DNA of 64,000 nt, taken from assembly GCF_036321535.1 (NCBI RefSeq), contig NC_087444.1, forward strand, positions 77,810,001-77,874,000, in the 5' to 3' direction. Each line of letters starts with the position of its first letter. The stretch's first letter is position 1. This stretch comes from Camelus dromedarius. Its lineage: Eukaryota. Shown in pieces: positions 43,264 through 56,076 of the stretch. Made by a program: the position numbers and the translations under genes. The notes beneath the pieces were generated by a model. The model was not told the DNA's origin, searched no databases, and worked only from the letters and a program-made list of their open reading frames with translations.

Positions 43264-43800
43264 TCACTCGGCGCCAGCACCCGCCGCCCCAGGCCCGGCC
43301 TCGAGCGTGGCGAGCTGCAGGCGCACGCGGCGGGAGCCGGCGGAGGGCGGCGGGGGCGTGCGGGCGGCGCGGCGCGCTCCCCGGGAGCCAGGCGCGCCGC
43401 GCCTGCCGGCGGAGGAGGAAGCCGGCGCCGACCAGCGGCGGGAGAGCTTTCGCGCCAGGCGNNNNNNNNNNNNNNNNNNNNNNNNNNNNNNNNNNNNNNN
43501 NNNNNNNNNNNNNNNNNNNNNNNNNNNNNNNNNNNNNNNNNNNNNNNNNNNNNNNNNNNNNNNNNNNNNNNNNNNNNNNNNNNNNNNNNNNNNNNNNNNN
43601 NNNNNNNNNNNNNNNNNNNNNNNNNNNNNNNNNNNNNNNNNNNNNNNNNNNNNNNNNNNNNNNNNNNNNNNNNCCACGGCCAGAAGCAGCGCCATCCGGC
43701 AGCGGCCCAGGCCGGACGCCGGCACGGGCGCGCCCGCCGGCGTGGACGGTGCGCCGGGCGGGGGCCCCTGCGAGGCGCACACCGCCGGCGCCGCCGCCAT
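43264..43800 (-). CDS. TMEM238: Transmembrane protein 238, single coding exon, about 178 aa (71 codons masked)
   Basis: MAAAPAVCASQGPPPGAPSTPAGAPVPASGLGRCRMALLLAV-[N gap 43462-43673]-RLARKLSRRWSAPA...RRVRLQLATLEAGPGAAGAGAE*. Donor 7 nt after the stop (after 43257). Probable 3'UTR exon starts at 41269 with GATAAA at 41167-41162. Confidence 0.93.
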   Translation of the reverse strand: MAAAPAVCASQGPPPGAPSTPAGAPVPASGLGRCRMALLLAVXXXXXXXXXXXXXXXXXXXXXXXXXXXXXXXXXXXXXXXXXXXXXXXXXXXXXXXXXXXXXXXXXXXXXXXRLARKLSRRWSAPASSSAGRRGAPGSRGARRAARTPPPPSAGSRRVRLQLATLEAGPGAAGAGAE

Positions 43801-44695
43801 GGCCCTGCTCCGCGGCCGCGGCTGGCTCCGACCGAGAGCGTTCCGCGTTCCGGGTGCGGCCCGGCCCGGGGCGGGGTCAGGGGACTGCGCCAGGTGTGCC
43901 CGGCGCCCGCCTGGTCACCTGAGCTTAGCTGGGTGCGGCGGGCGCGGCCCGGGGGCGCCCTGGCCGTGTTTTCTAGGCAAGATCTGGCCTTCAGAAGCCT
44001 ATGCTGAAGGCAGATGGGCGCACAGATTAGGGTGGCCCAGGACCCCTGCATCCCAAGGAGCGCGAAGCACTGCGTGGTCAAAATTCAGGGTGCTTTAATG
44101 GAGACAGCGTAAGGCTCTGCAGGAGCCCCGGCCATGTTTCTGTTCATTGCCGCCTCCAGGCGCTTCCTATGCACCAGAGCCTACGGTGGGGACAGGTGCG
44201 GTCATAAACAAGGATCAGAGAAGGCCCCAGACTCCAAGGAGCCCCAGGAGGCAGAGAATCAGCAGTCGCAGTGCCCTAGGGGAGGAAACGGCTCTGCGGA
44301 GCTGACATTTCTCTCACTCATTGCCTGCCTCCTGGGGCTTCCTGTATGTCCAAGGGACAAAGGTGGATCGGACTCACAGGAACTCTGCCGCCACCATCAG
44401 ATTCAAGGCACTCTAGAGGTGGCAGCAGGGCAAACCCCAACATTGCTGTTTCTCGGTAGGCTCCTCCTGGGGCCTCTGGACTGTTAGGATTCTTCATCGG
44501 CGAAGTCCAGGGGCACAGACAAGGCCCCTGCCCTCAACGAGCTCCCAGACATAATCACAAGTTGAGGCTCACTAATGGAGGTGACATAAAAGACTATCAT
44601 TCCTTTTGTTCACTTGGAGTCTCGCCCAGCCCTGTGATGGTGAGGCTGAGGATAGTTCAGCATGGTTCCTGCCCATTAAAGATGGCCCCAAATTG

Positions 44696-44810
44696 GGGGG
44701 AGGGTGTAGCTCAAGTGGTATAGTGCATGCTTAGCATGCATGAGGTCCTGGGTTCAATCCCTAGAACCTCCTCTAAGAATAAATAAATAAACCTAATTAC
44801 CACCCCCCCC
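44696..44810 (+). mobile_element. Vic-1-type tRNA-derived SINE
   Basis: A box TAGCTCAAGTGG, B box GGTTCAATCC, tail aataaataaataaacctaattacc. Confidence 0.88.
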
Positions 44811-45669
44811 AAAGGAAAGAGGAAACAAAAAGATGGCCTGAAATTAACTTCTATAAAGTGTAACGGGTGTGACATAGGGCGGACTGGTGCGGGGAGGGAT
44901 AATGGGGCTGGAGGTCGCGGGGCACAAGGAAGCGGCTGGGCGAACAGGTATGGAACCCCTCAAGAATCCGAGAGCTTTCCCAGGCAAATCTCTCTTCCTC
45001 CAAATACAACTCGCCCTTAGAGGAAATCCATGCTCCCCTGGGGTGGCCATCAGCGAGAAGGTTCGGTCCAACTTTTCTCTAGAGTCTAAATAGTTGAGTT
45101 TATTTTAAGAGGACCCTGGGGAGGGCGAATTGAAAGTGGGGGGTCCCGGGGTAAGCCGAAGGGTTCCGAACGTGGCTGAAGGGAGACCGAGTGTTTCCGA
45201 ACAGATCCGAAGCAGGCATGGACCAATAAGGGGAAGGCTGCCACCACTTTGAAGCGAGATTCCGAAGAGTTCCGAAAATGCCCGAACGGGCCCGCCGCTT
45301 TCGTCCGGAATAGCTGAGGGCCTACGAAGACTGGAGGCCCCCGAAGACTCTGTAGCTAGGTTTAAATAGTTCACGCTCTCACACATTCATTCACAAAAAA
45401 AAATGTTTATTGAACCCTCATCTTGTGCCAAGCACTGGGTGGTAATATTGGAGAAAGGCCGTTGAGGAAGGGAACTTGGGGCCGCTAGAGCTGGACCCAC
45501 TCGGAAATCCAGCCGTGGAGTTCCGAAAACACACGAAGAGCCCTCGGAACGGTGCCCCTCCGGGTCGAGAACACGCCCTCGGGTCCCTAGCCGAAGAATT
45601 CCGAAGGTTCTCGACCGTTTTACGACTGGCTGGCGGAAATAACCGAATGTTGCCGAGCTGCCTCGCCGG

Positions 45670-45795
45670 CGGGCGGAAGCAGGCGGGGAAAGGCGACGGC
45701 ACGCGCGTGCCCGGAGAGGAAGCGGAAATGCGTGTCTATATTAAAAGCATCGCCCCGCCCCCGCCGTGCCTCTTTCCGTCTCCGGCCACCGAGAA
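45670..45795 (+). promoter_or_regulatory. RPL28: RPL28 promoter and 5'TOP exon 1
   Basis: GABP/ETS-type GGAA motifs (~45674, tandem ~45718-45728), TATA-like TATATTAAAA ~45737, GC boxes, TCT/TOP initiator CTCTTTCCGTCTCC from 45770, donor after 45795. Confidence 0.9.
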
Positions 45796-46005
45796 GTGAG
45801 GAGGTTAGTCGCGGCCCTTCGTCTGTCCGCGTGGCTGCGTCTCGTGCCGGCCGCCGGGCGTCTGTGTCCCTGCCTGGCCTTTCTCGCTGCGCCTCTTGCC
45901 TTCTTGGCTATCCTCCTGCCCCGTCGCCTTAGGTCGTTGTGGCTTCTCACCTTCTGGTCTGCCGTAGTTAGTCTCGGCCGCCTAAGTTCAACCCCGCGAC
46001 CGTAG

Positions 46006-48343
<2,338 letters not shown>

Positions 48344-48361
48344 GCAGCCCCTTCCCAGAGC

Positions 48362-48367
48362 AATAAA
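48362..48367 (+). terminator. RPL28: RPL28 polyadenylation signal AATAAA
   Basis: AATAAA 18 nt after the stop codon. Confidence 0.9.
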
Positions 48368-51300
48368 GATGTCAGCCAACTTTTCTCAACCTCCTTGCCT
48401 TCCTCGCAGCCTCAGGGCTCTGACCCAGGCCATGTCTCCAGAACTAGAGTGTCAGCTTGTCCCCGGGGGTCTCACCCATCCCCTGGCACCACACGGGTTG
48501 TCACAGTGCCTTGGGTCTGGAGGGACCAGGTCCAGGTGGAGGAGCGGAGCCCCAGCTTTTGTGTGTGTCCTAGATCCAGTGTTCCTGCCAGTCTCAGGGC
48601 TGGTGATCGGTGTAGAGTAATATTGAATATGTCGGAGGAATCATCATAACCCCACACCCTGCTAATGCATGACAAAGCTTCAAGAGAGACCTTAAGTGGA
48701 AGTTTTTGATCTTTAAACATTCAATCTAAATCTCCTAGGGGGTGGGCATCCAGACCCAGGCTCAGCCCACCTCCCACCTAGGGGTAGGGTTAGGGTTAGG
48801 TTTGTATGGTTTTGTGGCCTAGTCGTCGCAGCAGTGTTGGCGCTGTGGTCTGTGAAGGTGGAAGCGTTTACCAGCTGTGCCAGACCCCAGCTGTAGGCAA
48901 TTTTTTTCCACTGGGATGGCCTGAAAACCCCAATAAGGACTAGGGAGAGGAGCAGGCATTTTCCAGCCTGAAGGGCGCAGGCTGGTTCTCCCCGCCCTGG
49001 TCCTGGGGCAGCTCACAACCTTAGGAGGGGGGGCCCTGCAGGAGTGAAGTAAGGGGGACTTTTGGACTTGGTAAGGGGCAAACAGCCTTCAAGGCCCCCA
49101 TTCTGTGGCTTATGCTTCTGGGCCCAGAGTGCCCACCTCTACCTACCTGGAAAAGGAGCAGCCCTTGGGTGCCACTGAAGTTGCACTGGATGCCTAGGAG
49201 GAAGATGGCAGCCCCAGGCTTCCTGTTTGCAGCCAAATCATTAAAAACAGCTTGTTCTTGTGGAAGAACCAGGCTGGCCAACTCTTTCCGCCTCCTGCTG
49301 CACTGAGTGTGAGCGCCCCATCCCACTGGCCTGTCCCTCACCTGCTCAGTGGTCTCAGCAGGTGACCAACCTCCCCACTGCTTCCAGCCCAACCTCCCCT
49401 CCTCTGATTCCACTCTAGCGTGGCCTCCAGCTCCGCACACCCCTGGGTGCCTCTTGTTCCTTGCATAGCTGTCTGCTGGGAGGTCTAAAGTAGATTCTCT
49501 GACCCTTCGCCTGCTCCCTTTGTGGAGTTATTATAGCTGCGATAGGGACACAGGCACTGCCACTGGACACCTGCCTGGGTCCTTCCACCAGCTCAGTTGC
49601 TAGCTGTGTGGCCTTGGGCAAGTAACCAGACCTCTGCATCTTGTCAGAATTAAGTGGGTTAAGCGCAGAGGGAACATCCTGCGTGTGGTGTGCGGTGATG
49701 AGCTATTGGTGTAGTGTAAGTGCCATGAGAAGCCAGACTGCGTCTCTGTGTTCAGGTGGACCTGTGGCACATGTGTGTGTATACGTGTATATACGTGGAT
49801 TCATGTAACAGTTGTGGAGTGACCGTTTCTCATCCAAGTACCCCAGGAAGCAGATGTCATCCCCACCAGGTGTAGAGACTGAGGCTCACATGGGTAAAGG
49901 TCACCCCCATCACTGCTGATGTGTTTCCTGTGCACCTACCATGTGCCAGCCTCTATGCCAGGGGCCAAGGATCCAGCATCGGGGTCGGGGTCGTCTGGCC
50001 CCTGCCACTGTTCCCTGCTCAGTGGGCATGAACCTAGTCCCTCCCTGCCAAGCCCTCTGTCTCGCCTGGGCCGTCACAGCAGTCTACCCCTGCCCCACGG
50101 GGGTCTGTTCTGGAGCTAAGCCTGGCGACAACACCTGCTCAAAGTCCTGCATGGTTCCCACGAGGGAAAGGCAGCCCCTGGCCCTGGCCGGCGGGGCCCA
50201 CCTCCACTTTCCACTCAGATAGCTGCCCCTTGTTCCTCCACTGTTTGCACTTGCTGTTCCTCTGCCGGCAAGGTGCTTCCCTGAAGTGAGGCCGGGCCTC
50301 GTGCTGTTGTCAGATGTCAAAATGAGACAATGAGGTCTCTCCTGACCACACAAAGTCCTCCCCGACCCGGCTTCGTTTTTCTCCATAGCGCTGATGTCCA
50401 TCGAGTAAGTGCTGGTGAGCTGGGACTTAACCCTGCGCCCCAGCATACCGGATGCTCAGTACGTGAGGCTCACACAGCCCTGAGCATTTGCTCATCCATG
50501 TGGGAGCTGGTGGACGGAGGGTGTCCCTTCCCTGGTCTGCCCGGAACCCTGCTCTTCAGGCCCTCAGCCCACATGGACCCCCAAGATAAGTATTTGAATC
50601 CGCCCTCTGTGGCCTCAGTTTCCTCATCCATAATGTCCTCGCTCAGCCAGTAGGCCTCTGTCCTTGTGGGTGGCCAGTCCATGGTGGGTGGCTGGGCTGG
50701 GGAGGCCATACCAAGGGTCTGGATAGTGATGTGGAACCAGGAGGTGGCCAGGGAGAGGGAGAAGTTCCTCCTGTTGGAGTCCCTAGTGCTGCAGGAACTC
50801 GAGGCCCCAATGTCCCATCTCCCCCCAGGGAAGGAGAGCCTGGTGTAAGGGGTGTTTCATATGGACCATCTATTCTAACTTTTCTTCTCACAACTGATGT
50901 GTTTTGGCATGGAAATTGGGAAAACAGAGATAAACAGGAAAAGTTAAAGTGAGATTTTTTTAAACTCATGCAATACTCAGACACATCATAAAGATGCTGA
51001 ACACAGAGGACAGGGAAAATCTGGGAAGCAGCTAGAGGAAAAGGGACTCCAATAAGAGTTACTGCCGACTTCTTACCATAAACAATGGGGCCAGGAGGCA
51101 GTGGGGAGACAGGCACGTGTTGGGAGGCCCCCACCACCCACAACATCCCCCTCTGAGCTAGTGGCCAGGCTGTTTGAGAGATGCCCCCCCCCCCCAACAG
51201 CACCCTCTCTGGGCTAGTGGCCAGGGCGCCTCAATTCCAATTCCAGTACTGCCAGTTCCTAGCTGTGGGCATGTGGGTGGGTCACTAGTCTCCTCGTGAC

Positions 51301-52089
51301 TCAGTTTTCCTATACGTGAAACAGGGTTGTTACAAGTGCCTGATCTTCAGGGCTCCGCAAAGCAGGGATCTTGGTTTGGTTTGCTGCAGTGTCTCCAGTG
51401 CTAGCCCAGGTAATGTTTGCAGAGTGCATGTAGGGCATGCCCTTGGCAGCTGCCCCGTGCAAGGTCACTCAGAGCACTGGGGACTCCAGGAGACTCAGGG
51501 CTGAGACATGCTCTGTTCATGGGCGGGGCTGGCCTTGATTATATTTCCTTCTGCACACATACATCAGGGCTCCATCACTCCTTGGCTGTGCCACCTTGGG
51601 CAAACTCCTCAACCTCTGTGGCTGTGGTATGTGCGTATCAATAGATGCTACTTCCCAAGGCTGTTGAGAAGATTAAATGTGCAAAAAGCTCATGATAGGG
51701 CCAGCCAGGACAAGCCCACAAAGCTTCCTTGCATGAATGAATGGTTTCTTATCACAAACGTCTCCCCATGTCTGTAACTATGTCTGCACATAGAGCAATG
51801 TCGTGGTTTTCAGAGCACGTTGAGGATAAATCAGCACGCGCTAATGCCCGTGGCTCTCCGTCTGCATGAGTTCTGTGAATATCCTGTGTCCTCTTCTGCA
51901 TTCCCCCTCCAGGCTGTTCCTGCCCTGTCCAGGAATTTTAAAAATCTCCCTTTGTTTCTCTTGTAGTCATTTGCTGGAATAAAATCTGTTCTTCAAAGTC
52001 TTTCATTATGAAAATAACATGTGCATGTGGTTTGGAGACAGGCAAGGAGCCCAGGATCCCAGGCCCGGATCCGACCAGTCTACTGTTTC

Positions 52090-52244
52090 TTTTTTTTTTT
52101 TTTGGTGGTGGAGGGGAGGAGGTAATTAGGTTTATTTATTTATTTATTTTATATATTTATTTTAACGGAGGTTCTGGGGATGGAACCCAGGACCTCGTGC
52201 CCGCTAAGAGCACGCACTCTACTTCGAGCTATACCCTTCCCCCA
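52090..52244 (-). mobile_element. Vic-1-type SINE
   Basis: gaggtaattaggtttatttatt...ggggatggaacccaggacctcgtg...gagctataccc. Confidence 0.85.
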
Positions 52245-52404
52245 ACCACTGTATTTCTTGTGTTTTGTTTTGAAAACTGTTTACAATTATCTACTTGTGG
52301 GCTTCGAGTGCCCCAGGCCTCCTGAGTTCACTCTAACCTAGTACGTTCACCCTCTGGCCCTTGGTGGTGCTCTCTTACAGATAAAACCAGCATTTTAATT
52401 TAAT

Positions 52405-52880
52405 TTTTTTTATTGAACTATAGTGGATTTACTATGTGCTGATCTTTGGTATATAGCAAAGTGATTCAGTTATACGTATATTTCCATTACAGGCCATTAC
52501 AAGGTGCTGAATACAGTTTCCTGTGCTGCAGCAGGACCTTGTTGATCTATTTTATGTACAGCAGTCAGTATCTGCAAATCCCAAACTCCCAATTTATCCC
52601 TCCCACCCCTTTTCCCCCAGGTAACCATAAGTCTGTTTTGTATGTCTGTGAGTCTGTTTCTGTTTTGTAGATAAGTTCATTTGTGTAATTTTTTTAGATT
52701 TCACATATAAGTGGTATCATATGGTGTTTTTCTTTCCCTTTTTAGCTTACTTCACTTAGTATGATAATCTCCAGGTCCACCCATGCTGCTGCAAATGGCA
52801 TAATTTCATTCTTTTTTATGGCTGAGTAGTATTCCATTGTATATATACACCACATCTTCTTTATCCAGTCATCTGTCGAC
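52405..52880 (-). mobile_element. LINE-1 3' end, same family as 80-720
   Basis: Reverse of the L1 3'UTR: tatagcaaagtgattcagttata...cttcacttagtatgata...tttatggctgagtagtattcc. Confidence 0.88.
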
Positions 52881-53075
52881 AGCATATTTATTTTAGCATC
52901 TTCACTTAGTATTTACGGAGGAGATGCAGCAATGGGGGACACTCTACTGTCTTCATGACTTTTTCTGTAAATCCAAAACTGTTGTAAAAACTGAAGTCTA
53001 TTAGAAGTACACTAACGTAGTGTTCACCTCTCAGAATTTTGAGAAAATTCCAAAACTTCGGTAAAAAGCAAAGTG

Positions 53076-55290
53076 CTAGTGAGGCATGGCAAGTGTACAC
53101 TGATGGTGTAAATTGGAACACACCCACGGGGAACCATTTGGCAATTGTGCAAAATTACAAATGAATGTGCCCTCTGGCACAGTGATGTCACTTATAAAGA
53201 TCCACTCCACAGATCTGTTCCTTGTGTGCCCCAGAGGCTGTGCACAAAGGTCATTCCTTCCAGTGTTGCAGGTCAGTTGGGCCAGGCTGTGTGACAAACA
53301 TTGGGGCACGTCTATGCGGTGGCATGCATGGCAGCTAAGGGCAGGGAGGGACTGTGTGCCATAGGACAGACGGCCAAGAGTGCTGTTAAGTTTGAAAGCC
53401 AAGATGCACAGGTCACCGTTAGTTATACCCAAATAAAACAACGGATGTAAAAGAACAGATGTTCAAATGTGCTTGTCTTGGCATAGAATTTCCTCAGAAA
53501 AATACCTAAGAACCTACTGACATTGGTTGTCCCTGATTAAAGGAACTGGGTGCTGGGGAGATGGGAATAAGGGAGCCATTTCATTGTAGAAAACTTTGTT
53601 ATCTTTAAATTAAAAAAAAAACAAAACCCTAAATCTTTGCTTTTTTGAATGGGTAACATTTCACATGGTATTCCAAGCTCCCCTTTCTTGAGCTGGTATC
53701 TGCAGGTGCTAATGTAACCTTGCAGAAGCATTTGATGCATAAGCACGTAGGCATCCCATTTTAAACAAAATTTAAAAAATTAACAGAAATGGGAGCGTAT
53801 CTTGCATGTTGCCTTTTTTCCACTTAGTATATTCTGGAGATTGGTTCCCATCTGTACATACTCATGTTCTTAAAATTCGGTGTGATAGCAGATACACAGA
53901 AAAGAGACGTGTAGAACGTATTTTTTTACTTCCATCCTGGACTCCTTGCTGGCTAGAGAGAACCAGTAGCCCTAGCTTTATGGGAACAATCTCTTGCTTT
54001 TACAGCTTTGCAGCCTCAGTAGGTATGTCTAGCAGCACAACTTGGTTTTGACTGTTTTGTGTGCTAAGGTCTCTTGTGACTTGTTGGGCTGACGGGGAGA
54101 TTTTCTGTGCGGCTGCAGGTAGAGGTGGTTCATGACTGGTGTGGTACAGTGTCGCTCCTCGAATGTGCAAGGACCTTTGGACTGTCTGCATTTGGGACAG
54201 GTGTGCTTGCTGCCTGTGGTACAGGTGCGAGAATGCTGAGTAATGAGATGGTCATGCTTTGGGCCTCACTGCCCGGTCTCCTTGTGCCTTTTACCGCTTC
54301 CCGTTCCTGCCAGGATCATACCCTGGTCCTGGAGAGGCCCCGCGGCTCTGTAGCCCGGGCCACACTCGGTATTGGACGTTATCACTGTGGCAAGTTTCGC
54401 GGGAGCGCAGTGCTATCAACTATGGGTTTCACTGCCTTTCCCCGCCCCGGGTACTAATAACGAGGGGGCTCTCTGAGTGTGCTGAGTAGTCACTGGGAAG
54501 GGACTTTTGTGAAGTGTTTGTGCAAGTGCTTTGGGCAACCTTTGTGTTTTCTTTCATTTGTAGGAGCTCTTTAGATATTGTTTGGATTTGTCTTTTCCAG
54601 TTGTATGTCTTGCAGCTGTCTTCTGTCCCTCACTGACTTGTCTTGCATTCTACTTTAAACAGAAGTTCTTGATTAAAAAATTGGGGGGGGGGGCGGTAAT
54701 TAGTTTTTTGAGGGGGAGTACTGGGGATTGAACCCAGGACCTCGTGCATGTTAGGTATGCACTCTACCACTGAGCTATACCTTGCCCCCTAAAAAAAATT
54801 TCTTAGATATTTTACACAAAATACACCTAAGTACATAGTTTAAGTTCTGATAATTAACTATGCACTCATGTGACCACCACAAGATCTGGGATATGCTTGT
54901 CACCCCAAAAGCCTCCCCCACTCCCCCATACACTTTACCCTCCCTGACCCCAGCCAGCCAATGATCTGCTTTTGGCTATTAGTGATTAGTTTTGCCTGTT
55001 TGATTAATTTCATATACATGGAACCAAGTATTTTGTACTTGGCTTCACTTAACTTGTTTTGTGTATCAGTTTTGCTTAGTACTCCATGGTGTAAATTCAC
55101 AATTCCTTTACTCATTTATCTGCTGGGCATTTGGGTTATTTCCAGTTTTTGCCTATTACAAAGGAAGCAACTACGAAAATCCATATACCATTGAGTGGAC
55201 AGGGTTTCCTTTGTATTTTGTTCATGATCATTTTTGATACTGTGTCCTTGGGGCCCAACAATTTTGTTGGCTTCCCTGTGTATGCATTCA
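53076..55290. mobile_element. Cluster of degenerate L1M fragments in both orientations between RPL28 and UBE2S
   Basis: 53076-53440 sense L1ME 3'UTR-like (ggtgtaaattggaac...ttggcaattgtgcaaaattacaaatg). 54480-55290 antisense L1 remnants. Confidence 0.55.
54682..54790 (-). mobile_element. Vic-1-type SINE
   Basis: ggggattgaacccaggacctcgtgcatgttagg...taccactgagctatacc. Confidence 0.85.
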
Positions 55291-55954
55291 GTGGTTTCTG
55301 CCAAGACCCACAGCTCCCCACTCTTCCACCAGCTGAGAACTCTGACACCTGTCCCCACTTTGCGGCCCTTACCCCTGACCCTCCACTGTAGTCCAAGATA
55401 CAGTGACAGCCATTCTGCCCTCCTGCAGATGAAGAGGTCAAAGAAGGGCCAAGCCCCAGGTTCCACCCCCACCCCTGGAAGTGCTGGGATATGGTCCTGC
55501 AATCAGCTCACCAGCCATCACTTGGGGTAAGAGCTCCAACAGCTTCCAGGAGCTTATAGCCCCCAGGCCTAAACCCCCAACCACGAGAAGAGGGCCCTAG
55601 AAAGGAACACGCCTGGCAGGTTCAACTTCAGTTCTAAGGCCTGAGCAGTGACCAGCTCACCTCACCCGGGTTTACAACCAACACAAATTCTAAGACAGGT
55701 ATTGCCTGAAGCCTGGGATTGAGACTTCTTACACAGAAATACAACGGAACAATTTTGAGGCGAGCTGGCTCAGGCGCCCCAGTGCAGGGTGGACACCTCA
55801 CACCCGTCACCAGCCTGAGCGGGGCCATGACTCCCCCACTGCACCCTCAGACCCCAACAGGAGGCCTGGTGGGTGGGGGAACCTGTGCACGTGCTTAGGG
55901 GCCAGGGCACCGACTGTGCGAAGCCAGCAGAGGCATAGCAGCTGCTTTTCCAAC

Positions 55955-55960
55955 TTTATT
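55955..55960 (-). terminator. UBE2S: UBE2S polyadenylation signal AATAAA
   Basis: TTTATT on plus, about 115 nt beyond the stop. Confidence 0.85.
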
Positions 55961-56076
55961 TAGAAAAACAAATCCAGGTCCCAGGCCCCCGTGCCCTCCC
56001 CCACCCCAGCCATAATTTAAATAACTTAGAGACAGAGTCGGGGGTCAGGTCGGGGGCGGAGGAAGTGGAGAGCCCA

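Noticed and set aside
42888-44098. Several 330-370-aa ORFs over TMEM238
   Set aside because: They run through a 212-N gap and very high GC sequence, and are shadow frames of the real CDS.
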